Positions 9,483-17,599 of a stretch of DNA of 64,000 bases are shown here, piece by piece (position 1 is the first letter of the stretch; each line of letters begins with the position of its first letter). The stretch comes from an uncultured Candidatus Saccharibacteria bacterium (GTDB lineage: Bacteria; Patescibacteriota; Minisyncoccia; Phycocordibacterales; DAORIS01). The position numbers were made by a program, and so were the translations under genes. The stretch spans positions 323,712 to 387,711 of the forward strand of contig CAZXUH010000001.1 of the NCBI GenBank assembly GCA_964644035.1, read 5' to 3'. The notes under the pieces are model-generated. The model had not been told where the DNA came from. It did not search any database and worked only from the letters and a program-made list of their open reading frames with translations.

Positions 9483-10253
9483 TTATGAATCTATCTGCAC
9501 AAATTCAAGCTGATTGAAACCAATAGGCAATCTAAAACGAATCGTTGAAAATGGATCCGTATCGTCCGATTCAACATCTTCTACAGTACTATATGGAAAA
9601 AGTGTTTTGCTTGGCATTCGCACTATGTCACCCACCAAGACGCTGACCGATCGAGGTACTCGGGTCTCAAATACACCATTGCCACTTCCAAACGCTTCAT
9701 ACGATGTCGTACTTGAACCTATTTCTATTTCAGATTTCTGATCTGAGTTTGAAAACAAGGTTACATATGAACTAGCAGCACTGACTTCGCTTATGAGACC
9801 GATCGGTAGTGATGTAGATGCCGTGTAGACCTTCATACCGATTTCTATACCATCCTTTGTGCCTTTATTTAAAAGAAGTACATCATACATTGTGAAAGGA
9901 GGTCGAGACGTTACCCGAGCAAACATTTTGCCCGTAGATGTACTGCCAACGACGTCTTTTGCAAAATGTTCATACAGACGCAATTCATTGACCTTGGCCC
10001 GCAACACATCTCTTTCTGCTTTGAGAGTTTCGATCTGTGTTTCCAAACCATATTTTGAGCTAAACGTGCTTTTTACATACAACACTCCCCGATCGACGAC
10101 ATATCGTACTGGTTGCAAATATTCATAGGCACTTGTGGCAACAATCTTTATTACAAACACTCCACCAAAAAAAATTACCAAGAAAATAGCCAGGCGCAGC
10201 AGAATACTTCGTGGATTGCCGGTAGCTGGTCTATTTTTTTGGAGGTAACTCAT
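9483..10253 (-). CDS. mreC: Rod shape-determining protein MreC
   Basis: N-terminal TM, coiled coil (LKAERDVLRAKVNELR) and a beta-rich C-terminus. Overlaps the mreB stop. Confidence 0.8.
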   Translation of the reverse strand: MSYLQKNRPATGNPRSILLRLAIFLVIFFGGVFVIKIVATSAYEYLQPVRYVVDRGVLYVKSTFSSKYGLETQIETLKAERDVLRAKVNELRLYEHFAKDVVGSTSTGKMFARVTSRPPFTMYDVLLLNKGTKDGIEIGMKVYTASTSLPIGLISEVSAASSYVTLFSNSDQKSEIEIGSSTTSYEAFGSGNGVFETRVPRSVSVLVGDIVRMPSKTLFPYSTVEDVESDDTDPFSTIRFRLPIGFNQLEFVQIDS

Positions 10254-11295
10254 TATCGTCTTGTATCAAAATATCTTTGTATTTTTTAATGTCTTCCAAA
10301 ATAATTCCTGTACCTCGAGCGACTGCTGTCAGTGGATCTTCTGTAATATGCACTGGAATATTGAGATATTCAGCCAAGAGCACATCGATACCCTTGATAA
10401 GTGCTCCACCTCCTGCCAAATGCACTCCTTGGCGCATGACGTCGGCAACCACTTCTGGAGGAGCTGTTTCCAACACTTCTTTTGATGTTTCGATAAGACT
10501 ATCGATAGACTGGGCTGTTGCTTCTCTGATATCAGCATCAGTAATCACCACTTCGCGAGGAAGTCCTGTGACCAGATCCCGTCCTCTTACGGCAGATTCA
10601 AGCGGCATTTCCCCAGGCAAGACCGTACCAATTGCAATCTTAATCGCTTCAGCTGTTTTTTCACCGATCAGAATTTTGAATTCATTGCGAATGTAATTGA
10701 TAATGTCGCTATTGAGACGATCTCCAGCAATTCGAGAATTTTTGGCTCGGACAATACCACCAAGAGCAATGATAGCAATATCAGTCGTACCACCACCAAT
10801 ATCCATGATCATGGCTGCTGTCGGTTCGAAAATCGGCAAACGGATACCAATTGCCGCGGCAGTTGGCTCTTCGACAATATGCACTTCGCGTGCACCAGCA
10901 TTTTTGGCCGCATCGCGCACCGCTCGTGTTTCAACATTGGTAATACCAGACGGTACACCTATTACTACACGAGGACCAAACATTTTCTTTCTTCCTTCTT
11001 CTGCCTTTTTAATAAGATAGCGAAGCATTTCTTCCGTCACTTCGAAATCAGAAATCACTCCATCGACAATCGGTCGAACGGCGACGACATGTTGAGGTGT
11101 ACGACCGAGCATTGCTTTAGCTTGCGTACCTACAGCGACAACCGTGTTTGTCTTTTGATTGACTGCTACCACTGACGGTTCATTGATAACAATGCCGTGA
11201 TCTTTGACATAGACGAGCGTATTGGCAGTACCCAGATCGATACCAATATCGTTTGAAACCCAATCCGTGAGCCCGCGGAAATAATTCTTTGCCAT
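10231..11295 (-). CDS. mreB: Rod shape-determining actin homolog MreB
   Basis: IGIDLGTANTLVYV phosphate-1 motif and DIGGGTTDIA phosphate-2 motif. 354 aa. Confidence 0.9.
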   Translation of the reverse strand: MAKNYFRGLTDWVSNDIGIDLGTANTLVYVKDHGIVINEPSVVAVNQKTNTVVAVGTQAKAMLGRTPQHVVAVRPIVDGVISDFEVTEEMLRYLIKKAEEGRKKMFGPRVVIGVPSGITNVETRAVRDAAKNAGAREVHIVEEPTAAAIGIRLPIFEPTAAMIMDIGGGTTDIAIIALGGIVRAKNSRIAGDRLNSDIINYIRNEFKILIGEKTAEAIKIAIGTVLPGEMPLESAVRGRDLVTGLPREVVITDADIREATAQSIDSLIETSKEVLETAPPEVVADVMRQGVHLAGGGALIKGIDVLLAEYLNIPVHITEDPLTAVARGTGIILEDIKKYKDILIQDDNELPPKK

Positions 11296-11297
11296 AA

Positions 11298-12563
11298 TTA
11301 GTGATTGATTTTAGCACTGACGGCAGCAGAGAGTGTATTGACAGGAATGTTTTCCGTCTTCATGGTCTTACGGTCTTTGTACTCAATAGAACCTTCCTTG
11401 AGGCTTTTTTCACCAATAATAACGATATGAGGAATACCAATGAGCTCGGCATCGGCAAGTTTTTCTCCTGGTCGAAGATCGCGATCATCATACAGCGCCT
11501 CTACACCTTTTTTCGCAAGCGTTTCATAGAGTTCATCGGCTACTTTTTTGATTTCTTCATTTTGTGGCTGCAAAGCTATAATATGCACTTTGAACGGTGC
11601 AATGTGTTCGGGCCAGACAATACCCTTCTCATCACTGAGTGTTTCTACAATTGTTCCCATCACTCTTCCAGGGCCAATACCGTAGCTGCCCATAATTACC
11701 GGTTTCTTTATTCCATCTTCATCGGTAAATTGCAGACCAAGTGGTTCTGAAAATTTTGTACCGAGACTAAAAATATTTCCAACTTCGATCGATTTCTTTT
11801 CAACCATATTTTTCTTATCAAGACCAAGTTCGGCAAGCACTTCATCAGTATAGACTTCTTTATTGACTGCTATGCCCTTTTTCTCATCCACGTAGATCAA
11901 ATCTTCTCCAGCATCAGAAACAGTCTGAAATTCTTCTGAAAACTTGCTAAAGATGCCTCCTGAAGAAAAGACAACATGTGTATACTCACCTAGACCCAAA
12001 CGCTTGAAGATCTGTATATATGCCTGCTTAGCCTTTTCATAAAAACTCTTATGCTGTTCTTCATTGCGAGAAAATGAATACAAATCTTTCATCAAAAATT
12101 CTCTGCCGCGCATGATACCCGACTTTGCTCGCGTTTCATTTCTGAATTTATTCTGAAATTGATACGCATATCTAGGCAAATCTCGGTACGAAGAAATATA
12201 TTCGGTCATGATTTGAGTGAGTGGTTCTTCATGCGTAATACCCAAACCGACTTCTGTATCGTTTTTCAATTTTGTCTTGAACCAATTGTCTACCTTTGCA
12301 TCATCCCAGCGATCGGTTTTTTCCCAGAGCATTTTATCCTGAAGAGCAGTCATAGACATTTCCTGACCACCAATAGCATTCATTTCTTCTCGGATAATTT
12401 GGACAATATTGTTGAGCACTCGAAGACCAAGGGGCAAATAAGAGTAGACACCGGCCATTTCCTTGTGAATGTAGCCTGCTCGGATGAGTAGCTGAGCGTT
12501 TTTCGCCACCTCGTCTTTTGGAGCTTCACGACGAGTTTTGGTGAAGAGTGCGGATTGTTTCAT
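11298..12563 (-). CDS. proS: Prolyl-tRNA synthetase (short bacterial form without editing domain)
   Basis: Class II motif 2 (RGREFLMKDLYSF) and a C-terminal anticodon-binding domain. Start placed at MKQSALFTKTRREAPKDE (ATG 12563); the track ORF extends to 12590. Confidence 0.85.
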   Translation of the reverse strand: MKQSALFTKTRREAPKDEVAKNAQLLIRAGYIHKEMAGVYSYLPLGLRVLNNIVQIIREEMNAIGGQEMSMTALQDKMLWEKTDRWDDAKVDNWFKTKLKNDTEVGLGITHEEPLTQIMTEYISSYRDLPRYAYQFQNKFRNETRAKSGIMRGREFLMKDLYSFSRNEEQHKSFYEKAKQAYIQIFKRLGLGEYTHVVFSSGGIFSKFSEEFQTVSDAGEDLIYVDEKKGIAVNKEVYTDEVLAELGLDKKNMVEKKSIEVGNIFSLGTKFSEPLGLQFTDEDGIKKPVIMGSYGIGPGRVMGTIVETLSDEKGIVWPEHIAPFKVHIIALQPQNEEIKKVADELYETLAKKGVEALYDDRDLRPGEKLADAELIGIPHIVIIGEKSLKEGSIEYKDRKTMKTENIPVNTLSAAVSAKINH

Positions 12564-12602
12564 GCATGTATCGTAGCGCACAACAGCCACGAAATCAAAA
12601 TC

Positions 12603-13709
12603 CTACTTCACAAACAGTTTCAAAATATCGTTGTATGTCACGACTCCCATAAGTAATAGTAGAAGTATGAAGCCAGTAGCATTGACCATATTGGTAAACT
12701 TCACTGGAATTTGTCGGCGAATGACTGACTCAATAAGAACAAACAGTACCCTTCCACCATCGAGTGCTGGAAATGGAAGCATGTTGATGACCGCCAAGTT
12801 TATAGAAATAAATGAAACAAATGAAATGAGATATGGCAAACCGAGCGCTCGAGCACTACCGACAAGTTTGGCAATACCAATCGGACCCGAGACATCCTTG
12901 AATGCATGATCTTCTGTAAATGCATTGCCAATGAAACTAAATATTCCAACAGCAGTATTGATGACTGAATAATACGTAGCTTTTGCTCCTTCGATAAGTG
13001 CGCTGAAAAATGGAAGTTTCAATATACCGATAGAATCGAGTCCAACACCAATCACTGGTTGATCTGAAGCAGCTCCAGCAACTCCTACAGTTGGTACAAC
13101 AACAGCAGAATTTGAAACTTCACCTCTCTTATAATGAAATGTAATTTCTTCACCACCATGTGCATGAATAAAGGTCGTCACTTCTTCTGTGGTTCGAGGA
13201 TAGACGGCATCGTTTTGTGTTTCGAGTAGTTGCACCTCATCGCCTTCTTTGAGACCAGCTAATGCCGCAGGACTTTCTGCCACTACCTGAGTAATGACCA
13301 CATTTACATCTTCAACACGAGTATTGTATGACTGTGCTGACACAGGCAGACCGTGCATGAAGCCGGCCGAGGTAAGCGCCCATGCAAAGAGAACGTTACA
13401 GGTAACACCTGCGACAAGTACGGCCACCTGCCAGTATCGAGGCCGGCTGGTAAAACTACGAGAGCTATCCTCTCCTGTCATTGATTCTTCATTCGGATTT
13501 TCTCCAAATATCTTTACGAAGCCGCCAAAAGGCAACAGGTTGATTGAGTATCTTGTCTCACCACGCTTCCAAGAAAGGACACGGGGTGGAAAGCCAAGAC
13601 CAAATTCATCGACACGCATACCAGAGAGCTTGGCAACGATAAAATGTCCTGCTTCATGAACAAAAACAAGTACCGACAGTACAAATATAAATAAAAGTGC
13701 AGTTATCAT
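12603..13709 (-). CDS. rseP: RIP zinc metalloprotease RseP (site-2 protease)
   Basis: HEAGH motif in TM1, PDZ domain, LDGG motif near the C-terminus. Confidence 0.85.
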   Translation of the reverse strand: MITALLFIFVLSVLVFVHEAGHFIVAKLSGMRVDEFGLGFPPRVLSWKRGETRYSINLLPFGGFVKIFGENPNEESMTGEDSSRSFTSRPRYWQVAVLVAGVTCNVLFAWALTSAGFMHGLPVSAQSYNTRVEDVNVVITQVVAESPAALAGLKEGDEVQLLETQNDAVYPRTTEEVTTFIHAHGGEEITFHYKRGEVSNSAVVVPTVGVAGAASDQPVIGVGLDSIGILKLPFFSALIEGAKATYYSVINTAVGIFSFIGNAFTEDHAFKDVSGPIGIAKLVGSARALGLPYLISFVSFISINLAVINMLPFPALDGGRVLFVLIESVIRRQIPVKFTNMVNATGFILLLLLMGVVTYNDILKLFVK

Positions 13710-14257
13710 TATGAAAGTATTTCTTTTTCTTTCTTGGCAAACAAATCTTCAAGCTTCTTCTGAGCTTCTTTGATATGTTTTTCCATTTCTTCTTTTAGAC
13801 GAAATTTCTCGTCTTCACCCATACCGCCTTCTTTTTCTTTTTTCTGAATATCTTCCCAAATTTCATCGCGCACACCGCGAAGTGCAATGCGAGCTTGTTC
13901 GAGCTTTTCTTTTGCAATTTTTACAAACTGAGTTCTGCGTTCGGTTGTGAGTACTGGGAATGAGACACGAAGACCCTTTTCGTCAACACTTGTACCCAAA
14001 CCAAGATTTGAAGTGCTAATTGCCTTTTCTATAGCCTTTACCTGAGTCTGATCCCATGGAGAAATACGCAATGTACGAGGATCTTCTATACCAACGGAAG
14101 CAACCTGAGAAATACGCATCATCGTGCCGTATGAATCGACTTTGAGATCGTCCAAAATCGCTGGTGTAGCCTGACCAGTGCGAATCTGACCATTTTCCTT
14201 GTGAAGCCAGTCTTCGACGCCTTTTATTTTCTCTTTGAGCTGATTGAAGTTGTACAT
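13709..14257 (-). CDS. frr: Ribosome recycling factor
   Basis: 182 aa with the typical RRF pattern (LKVDSYGTMMRISQVASV..., charged C-terminal helix). Confidence 0.9.
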   Translation of the reverse strand: MYNFNQLKEKIKGVEDWLHKENGQIRTGQATPAILDDLKVDSYGTMMRISQVASVGIEDPRTLRISPWDQTQVKAIEKAISTSNLGLGTSVDEKGLRVSFPVLTTERRTQFVKIAKEKLEQARIALRGVRDEIWEDIQKKEKEGGMGEDEKFRLKEEMEKHIKEAQKKLEDLFAKKEKEILS

Positions 14258-14262
14258 ATCGG

Positions 14263-14904
14263 TTATTTTGATATAGGCAGTATAAGCGAAAGATGTTCGA
14301 GCAGCAACTTGATCGAGCTACTCGTATCTTCTATATACGATCTGGCCATATAGATTTCTTTCATACTTGCAGCATTGCCTTCTACCCTGCCCCATGCGAC
14401 CAAAGAATCAATAAGTTCTACAGCCTGAGCCCTATCTTTTTTAGTCGTAATTTTCTGCACATATACCAGACGATCAGGTATGCTTTTTTTGATAAATTCT
14501 TTGCCTAGTTTGTCTGAATTGGTTTTTGCTGAAGCAATATAATAGCCGCGAGAGCGCAGTGTATGGATGAGAAGTCCAATATGAGGGATGAGAAAAAAGA
14601 TTCTGCTATTGGCTGCAGGTTCTTCTGTCAGCTTCAGCATGGCATTTTGTGCTTCGCGAGTGATAGCTGATGTTTTGACAATCGCTATGCGTATTCCCTC
14701 TCCAAACGTTCTTGTCGTGAAAAAATCTTTGAGCAATCGTGCTTCGTCGATACCAAGAGATTGATAGTCGACCATATAGACATCTGGGTTGGATGTCAGA
14801 GTGAGATTTTGATCTTCGACCAAATAAGATTGCAACTGAGTATGATTCTCGTCGGTATCTCCTTCTATTATATAGAAATGATGCGTAAGTGGCTCCTTGA
14901 ACAT
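14263..14904 (-). CDS. holB: DNA polymerase III delta-prime-like clamp-loader subunit (short)
   Basis: NAMLKLTEEP (cf. NALLKTLEEP sensor motif), a degenerate P-loop region (HHFYIIEGDTDEN) and small size, typical of reduced genomes. Confidence 0.5.
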   Translation of the reverse strand: MFKEPLTHHFYIIEGDTDENHTQLQSYLVEDQNLTLTSNPDVYMVDYQSLGIDEARLLKDFFTTRTFGEGIRIAIVKTSAITREAQNAMLKLTEEPAANSRIFFLIPHIGLLIHTLRSRGYYIASAKTNSDKLGKEFIKKSIPDRLVYVQKITTKKDRAQAVELIDSLVAWGRVEGNAASMKEIYMARSYIEDTSSSIKLLLEHLSLILPISK

Positions 14905-14916
14905 CCTTCAATGGTA

Positions 14917-15939
14917 CTATCTTTTTGAAATAATTGCTTTTTTATAGACGTCCAGATGCTCAAGAGCAATACCAGTACCCTTGGCGACACAGAAATATGC
15001 ATCATCAGCCAAGACAGCTTTGACACCGGTGCGTCTGAAGACGAGCTCAGGAAGATTACGTAACTGCGAAGTGCCTCCGGTCATGATAATTCCTTGATCA
15101 ATAATATCTGCCGCCAATTCTGGTGGAGTCTCCTGAAGGACGACTTTGATAGCATTGATCATTTCACGAAGTTCTTTTGAAATAGCTTTGACGATTTCAT
15201 TGCTGCGCATTTCGATCGAACGTGGTAGACCCGACACAAAATCACGTCCTTTGACGGTCATGACAAGCTCTTCTTCCATAGCCACCGCCGAGCCAATCTT
15301 GATTTTAATATCTTCTGCGGTCTTATCTCCAATCGAGAGATTGAAATTTTTCTTAGTGTAATCAATAATCGCTGCATCTACTTTATTGCCTGCAACTTTG
15401 ACCGATGTCGAGGCGACAATACCTCCAAGAGAAATCACGGCAACGTCGGTCGTACCACCACCAGCATCGACAACCATTCGTCCGACAGGCTCCTGAATAG
15501 GAATACCAGCACCAATTGCAGCCAAAATAGGTTCTTTGACGACATAGGCATTTTTAGCGCCAGCCTTGATAGCAGCTTCAATAACAGCGCGACGTTCAGT
15601 CGAAGTTACGCCAGCCGGCACAGAGATCAAGACATCGGGACGAAAAATATTCCATTTGCCCAAAGCTTTTTGCATATAATATCGAAGCATGGCTTCGGTG
15701 ACGCGATAATCCGCAATCACACCGTCTTTCATTGGACGATAAGCAATAATTTCTTCTGGCGTACGGCCAATCATGTATTTTGCTTCAAGACCGACAGCCA
15801 AAATTTTATTGTCGGTAGAAACAGCAACGACAGAAGGTTCATTGAGCACGACACCCTTGCCCGGCACAAACACAAGTGTATTGGCCGTACCAAGATCGAT
15901 GCCGATTTTTTTTGAGAAGACGCCCATAAGAGTGACCAT
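14917..15939 (-). CDS. Second MreB/Mbl-like actin homolog
   Basis: IGIDLGTANTLVFV and DAGGGTTDVAVI motifs. Paralog of 10231-11295. Confidence 0.85.
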   Translation of the reverse strand: MVTLMGVFSKKIGIDLGTANTLVFVPGKGVVLNEPSVVAVSTDNKILAVGLEAKYMIGRTPEEIIAYRPMKDGVIADYRVTEAMLRYYMQKALGKWNIFRPDVLISVPAGVTSTERRAVIEAAIKAGAKNAYVVKEPILAAIGAGIPIQEPVGRMVVDAGGGTTDVAVISLGGIVASTSVKVAGNKVDAAIIDYTKKNFNLSIGDKTAEDIKIKIGSAVAMEEELVMTVKGRDFVSGLPRSIEMRSNEIVKAISKELREMINAIKVVLQETPPELAADIIDQGIIMTGGTSQLRNLPELVFRRTGVKAVLADDAYFCVAKGTGIALEHLDVYKKAIISKR

Positions 15940-15988
15940 ATACTACGTCTTTTAGAAATATTTTACAAATATTTCATCCCTAGACCTC

Positions 15989-16006
15989 TATAGCATATAT
16001 GCTATA
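15989..16006. promoter_or_regulatory. Perfect 18-bp palindrome TATAGCATATATGCTATA 10 nt upstream of the HTH-murA start: putative operator
   Basis: Exact reverse-complement symmetry, checked base by base. Lies between a TTTACA -35-like hexamer (15963-15968) and the ATG. Confidence 0.45.
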
Positions 16007-16015
16007 TTGTTATCC

Positions 16016-17539
16016 ATGTCTACCAATGAAGAATTTTTGGCCCAGATCGGCAAGCTTATTGCCGATCTGCGTGAGGAACGTGGCCTTACCCAGTTGGCAT
16101 TTGCCGACAAAATGAACACTACTCAGAGCGCTATTGCTCGTATTGAAAAAGGTGAACAAAATGTCACGACCGAAATGCTCTCACGTATTTCTCAAGCTCT
16201 CAATAGAGATCTTCTTCAGCTTGCCCCTGGTGGCCTCAATATACAGATAGAAGGCGGTCACCCTCTCTCAGGCAATATAGTAACCAAAACCTCTAAAAAC
16301 GGTGCTATGGGCCTTTTGACGGCATCACTTATAAATAAGGGAAAAACAACACTCAGAAATGTTCCAAAGATCGAGGAGGTAAAACGCATGATTGAAGTCT
16401 TTCAATCAATCGGCATAGAAGTAAAATGGTCTGGCGCTGATCTTGAAATCACTCCCCCAACAAAGATTGATTTGAAATCCATCAACAAAGCTTCGGCTGA
16501 ACGCACGAGAAGTATTGTTATGCTTATTGGACCACTCGTGCACTCCATGAAAAAGTTCAAACTCCCCCAGCCCGGCGGATGCAAACTCGGTTCACGAACT
16601 GTTAAACCATATCTGTACGCGCTTGAAAAATTTGGCATCGATATAGAAACAAAATCGACGTGCTACGAAATCAGCGCTCCCAAACTCAAACACGCTGAAA
16701 TCATTTTGTACGAATCTGGCGACACGATTACCGAAACAGCAATTATCACCGCGGCACGCATTCCAGGAAAAACAGTTATCAAATATGCTTCGGCAAATTA
16801 TATGGGTCAGGAAGTCTGCTTCTTTCTTGAAAAGTTGGGTGTAAAAATAGAAGGCATAGGTACCACAACAATCACTGTGCATGGTGTTAAAGAAATAAAA
16901 CAAGATGTCACCTACTATCTTTCTGAAGATCCTATCGAATCGATGTTCTTTATCGCTGCAGCGATTGTTACCAAATCAAAACTGACCGTTAAACGCGCAC
17001 CAATCGATTTCCTTGAACAAGAACTTCTCAAGCTCGAAAAGATGGGTGTGAAATTTAAAATTTCTAAGCGCTACAAATCACTCAATGGTCGCACTGATCT
17101 TGTCGACATCACACTCTCACCTTCTCGCAATCTCATTGCTCTCGAAGAAAAGATTGATGCTCGTCCGTATCCTGGTCTCAATATCGACAACCTACCTTTC
17201 TTCGCCGTCATTGCTACCCAAGCCAAGGGCACGACGCTCATTCACGACTGGGTCTATGAAAAACGCGCTATTTATACCAAAGATCTCGACAAGCTCAATG
17301 CTGATACTATGCTTGTCGACCCACACAGACTCTATATATCAGGCCCTACTAAGCTCAAAGCAGCAGAGGTTATTTGTCCCCCAGCACTTCGCCCTGGTGC
17401 AATCATATTGATAGGCATGCTCGCGGCCGAAGGCACGTCAACACTTCGAAATATTTACAGTATCAATCGCGGCTATGAAGATCTTGTTGCTCGTCTCAAT
17501 TCTATAGGCGCAAAGATCAAAATTCTCAAAGATTACTAA
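16016..17539 (+). CDS. murA: UDP-N-acetylglucosamine 1-carboxyvinyltransferase (MurA) with an N-terminal ~65-aa HTH_XRE domain
   Basis: N-terminus GLTQLAFADKMNTTQSAIARIEKGEQNVTTEMLSRISQAL is a Cro/C1-type HTH. From about aa 73, LSGNIVTKTSKNGAMGLLTASLINKGKTTLRNVPKIEEV aligns to the MurA N-terminus. The catalytic Cys is present (PQPGGCKLGSR). The track start TTG at 16007 is replaced by ATG at 16016. Confidence 0.85.
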   Translation: MSTNEEFLAQIGKLIADLREERGLTQLAFADKMNTTQSAIARIEKGEQNVTTEMLSRISQALNRDLLQLAPGGLNIQIEGGHPLSGNIVTKTSKNGAMGLLTASLINKGKTTLRNVPKIEEVKRMIEVFQSIGIEVKWSGADLEITPPTKIDLKSINKASAERTRSIVMLIGPLVHSMKKFKLPQPGGCKLGSRTVKPYLYALEKFGIDIETKSTCYEISAPKLKHAEIILYESGDTITETAIITAARIPGKTVIKYASANYMGQEVCFFLEKLGVKIEGIGTTTITVHGVKEIKQDVTYYLSEDPIESMFFIAAAIVTKSKLTVKRAPIDFLEQELLKLEKMGVKFKISKRYKSLNGRTDLVDITLSPSRNLIALEEKIDARPYPGLNIDNLPFFAVIATQAKGTTLIHDWVYEKRAIYTKDLDKLNADTMLVDPHRLYISGPTKLKAAEVICPPALRPGAIILIGMLAAEGTSTLRNIYSINRGYEDLVARLNSIGAKIKILKDY

Positions 17540-17599
17540 GCGTCAGCTTTCGAGATTGTTCAAGATGTGGGAAGAATACTCTTCTGCTAATATACCGTC

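Noticed and set aside
14606-14911. 101-aa minus ORF overlapping the holB-like gene
   Set aside because: Out-of-frame overlap with a motif-supported ORF. Arg/Ser-rich junk translation.
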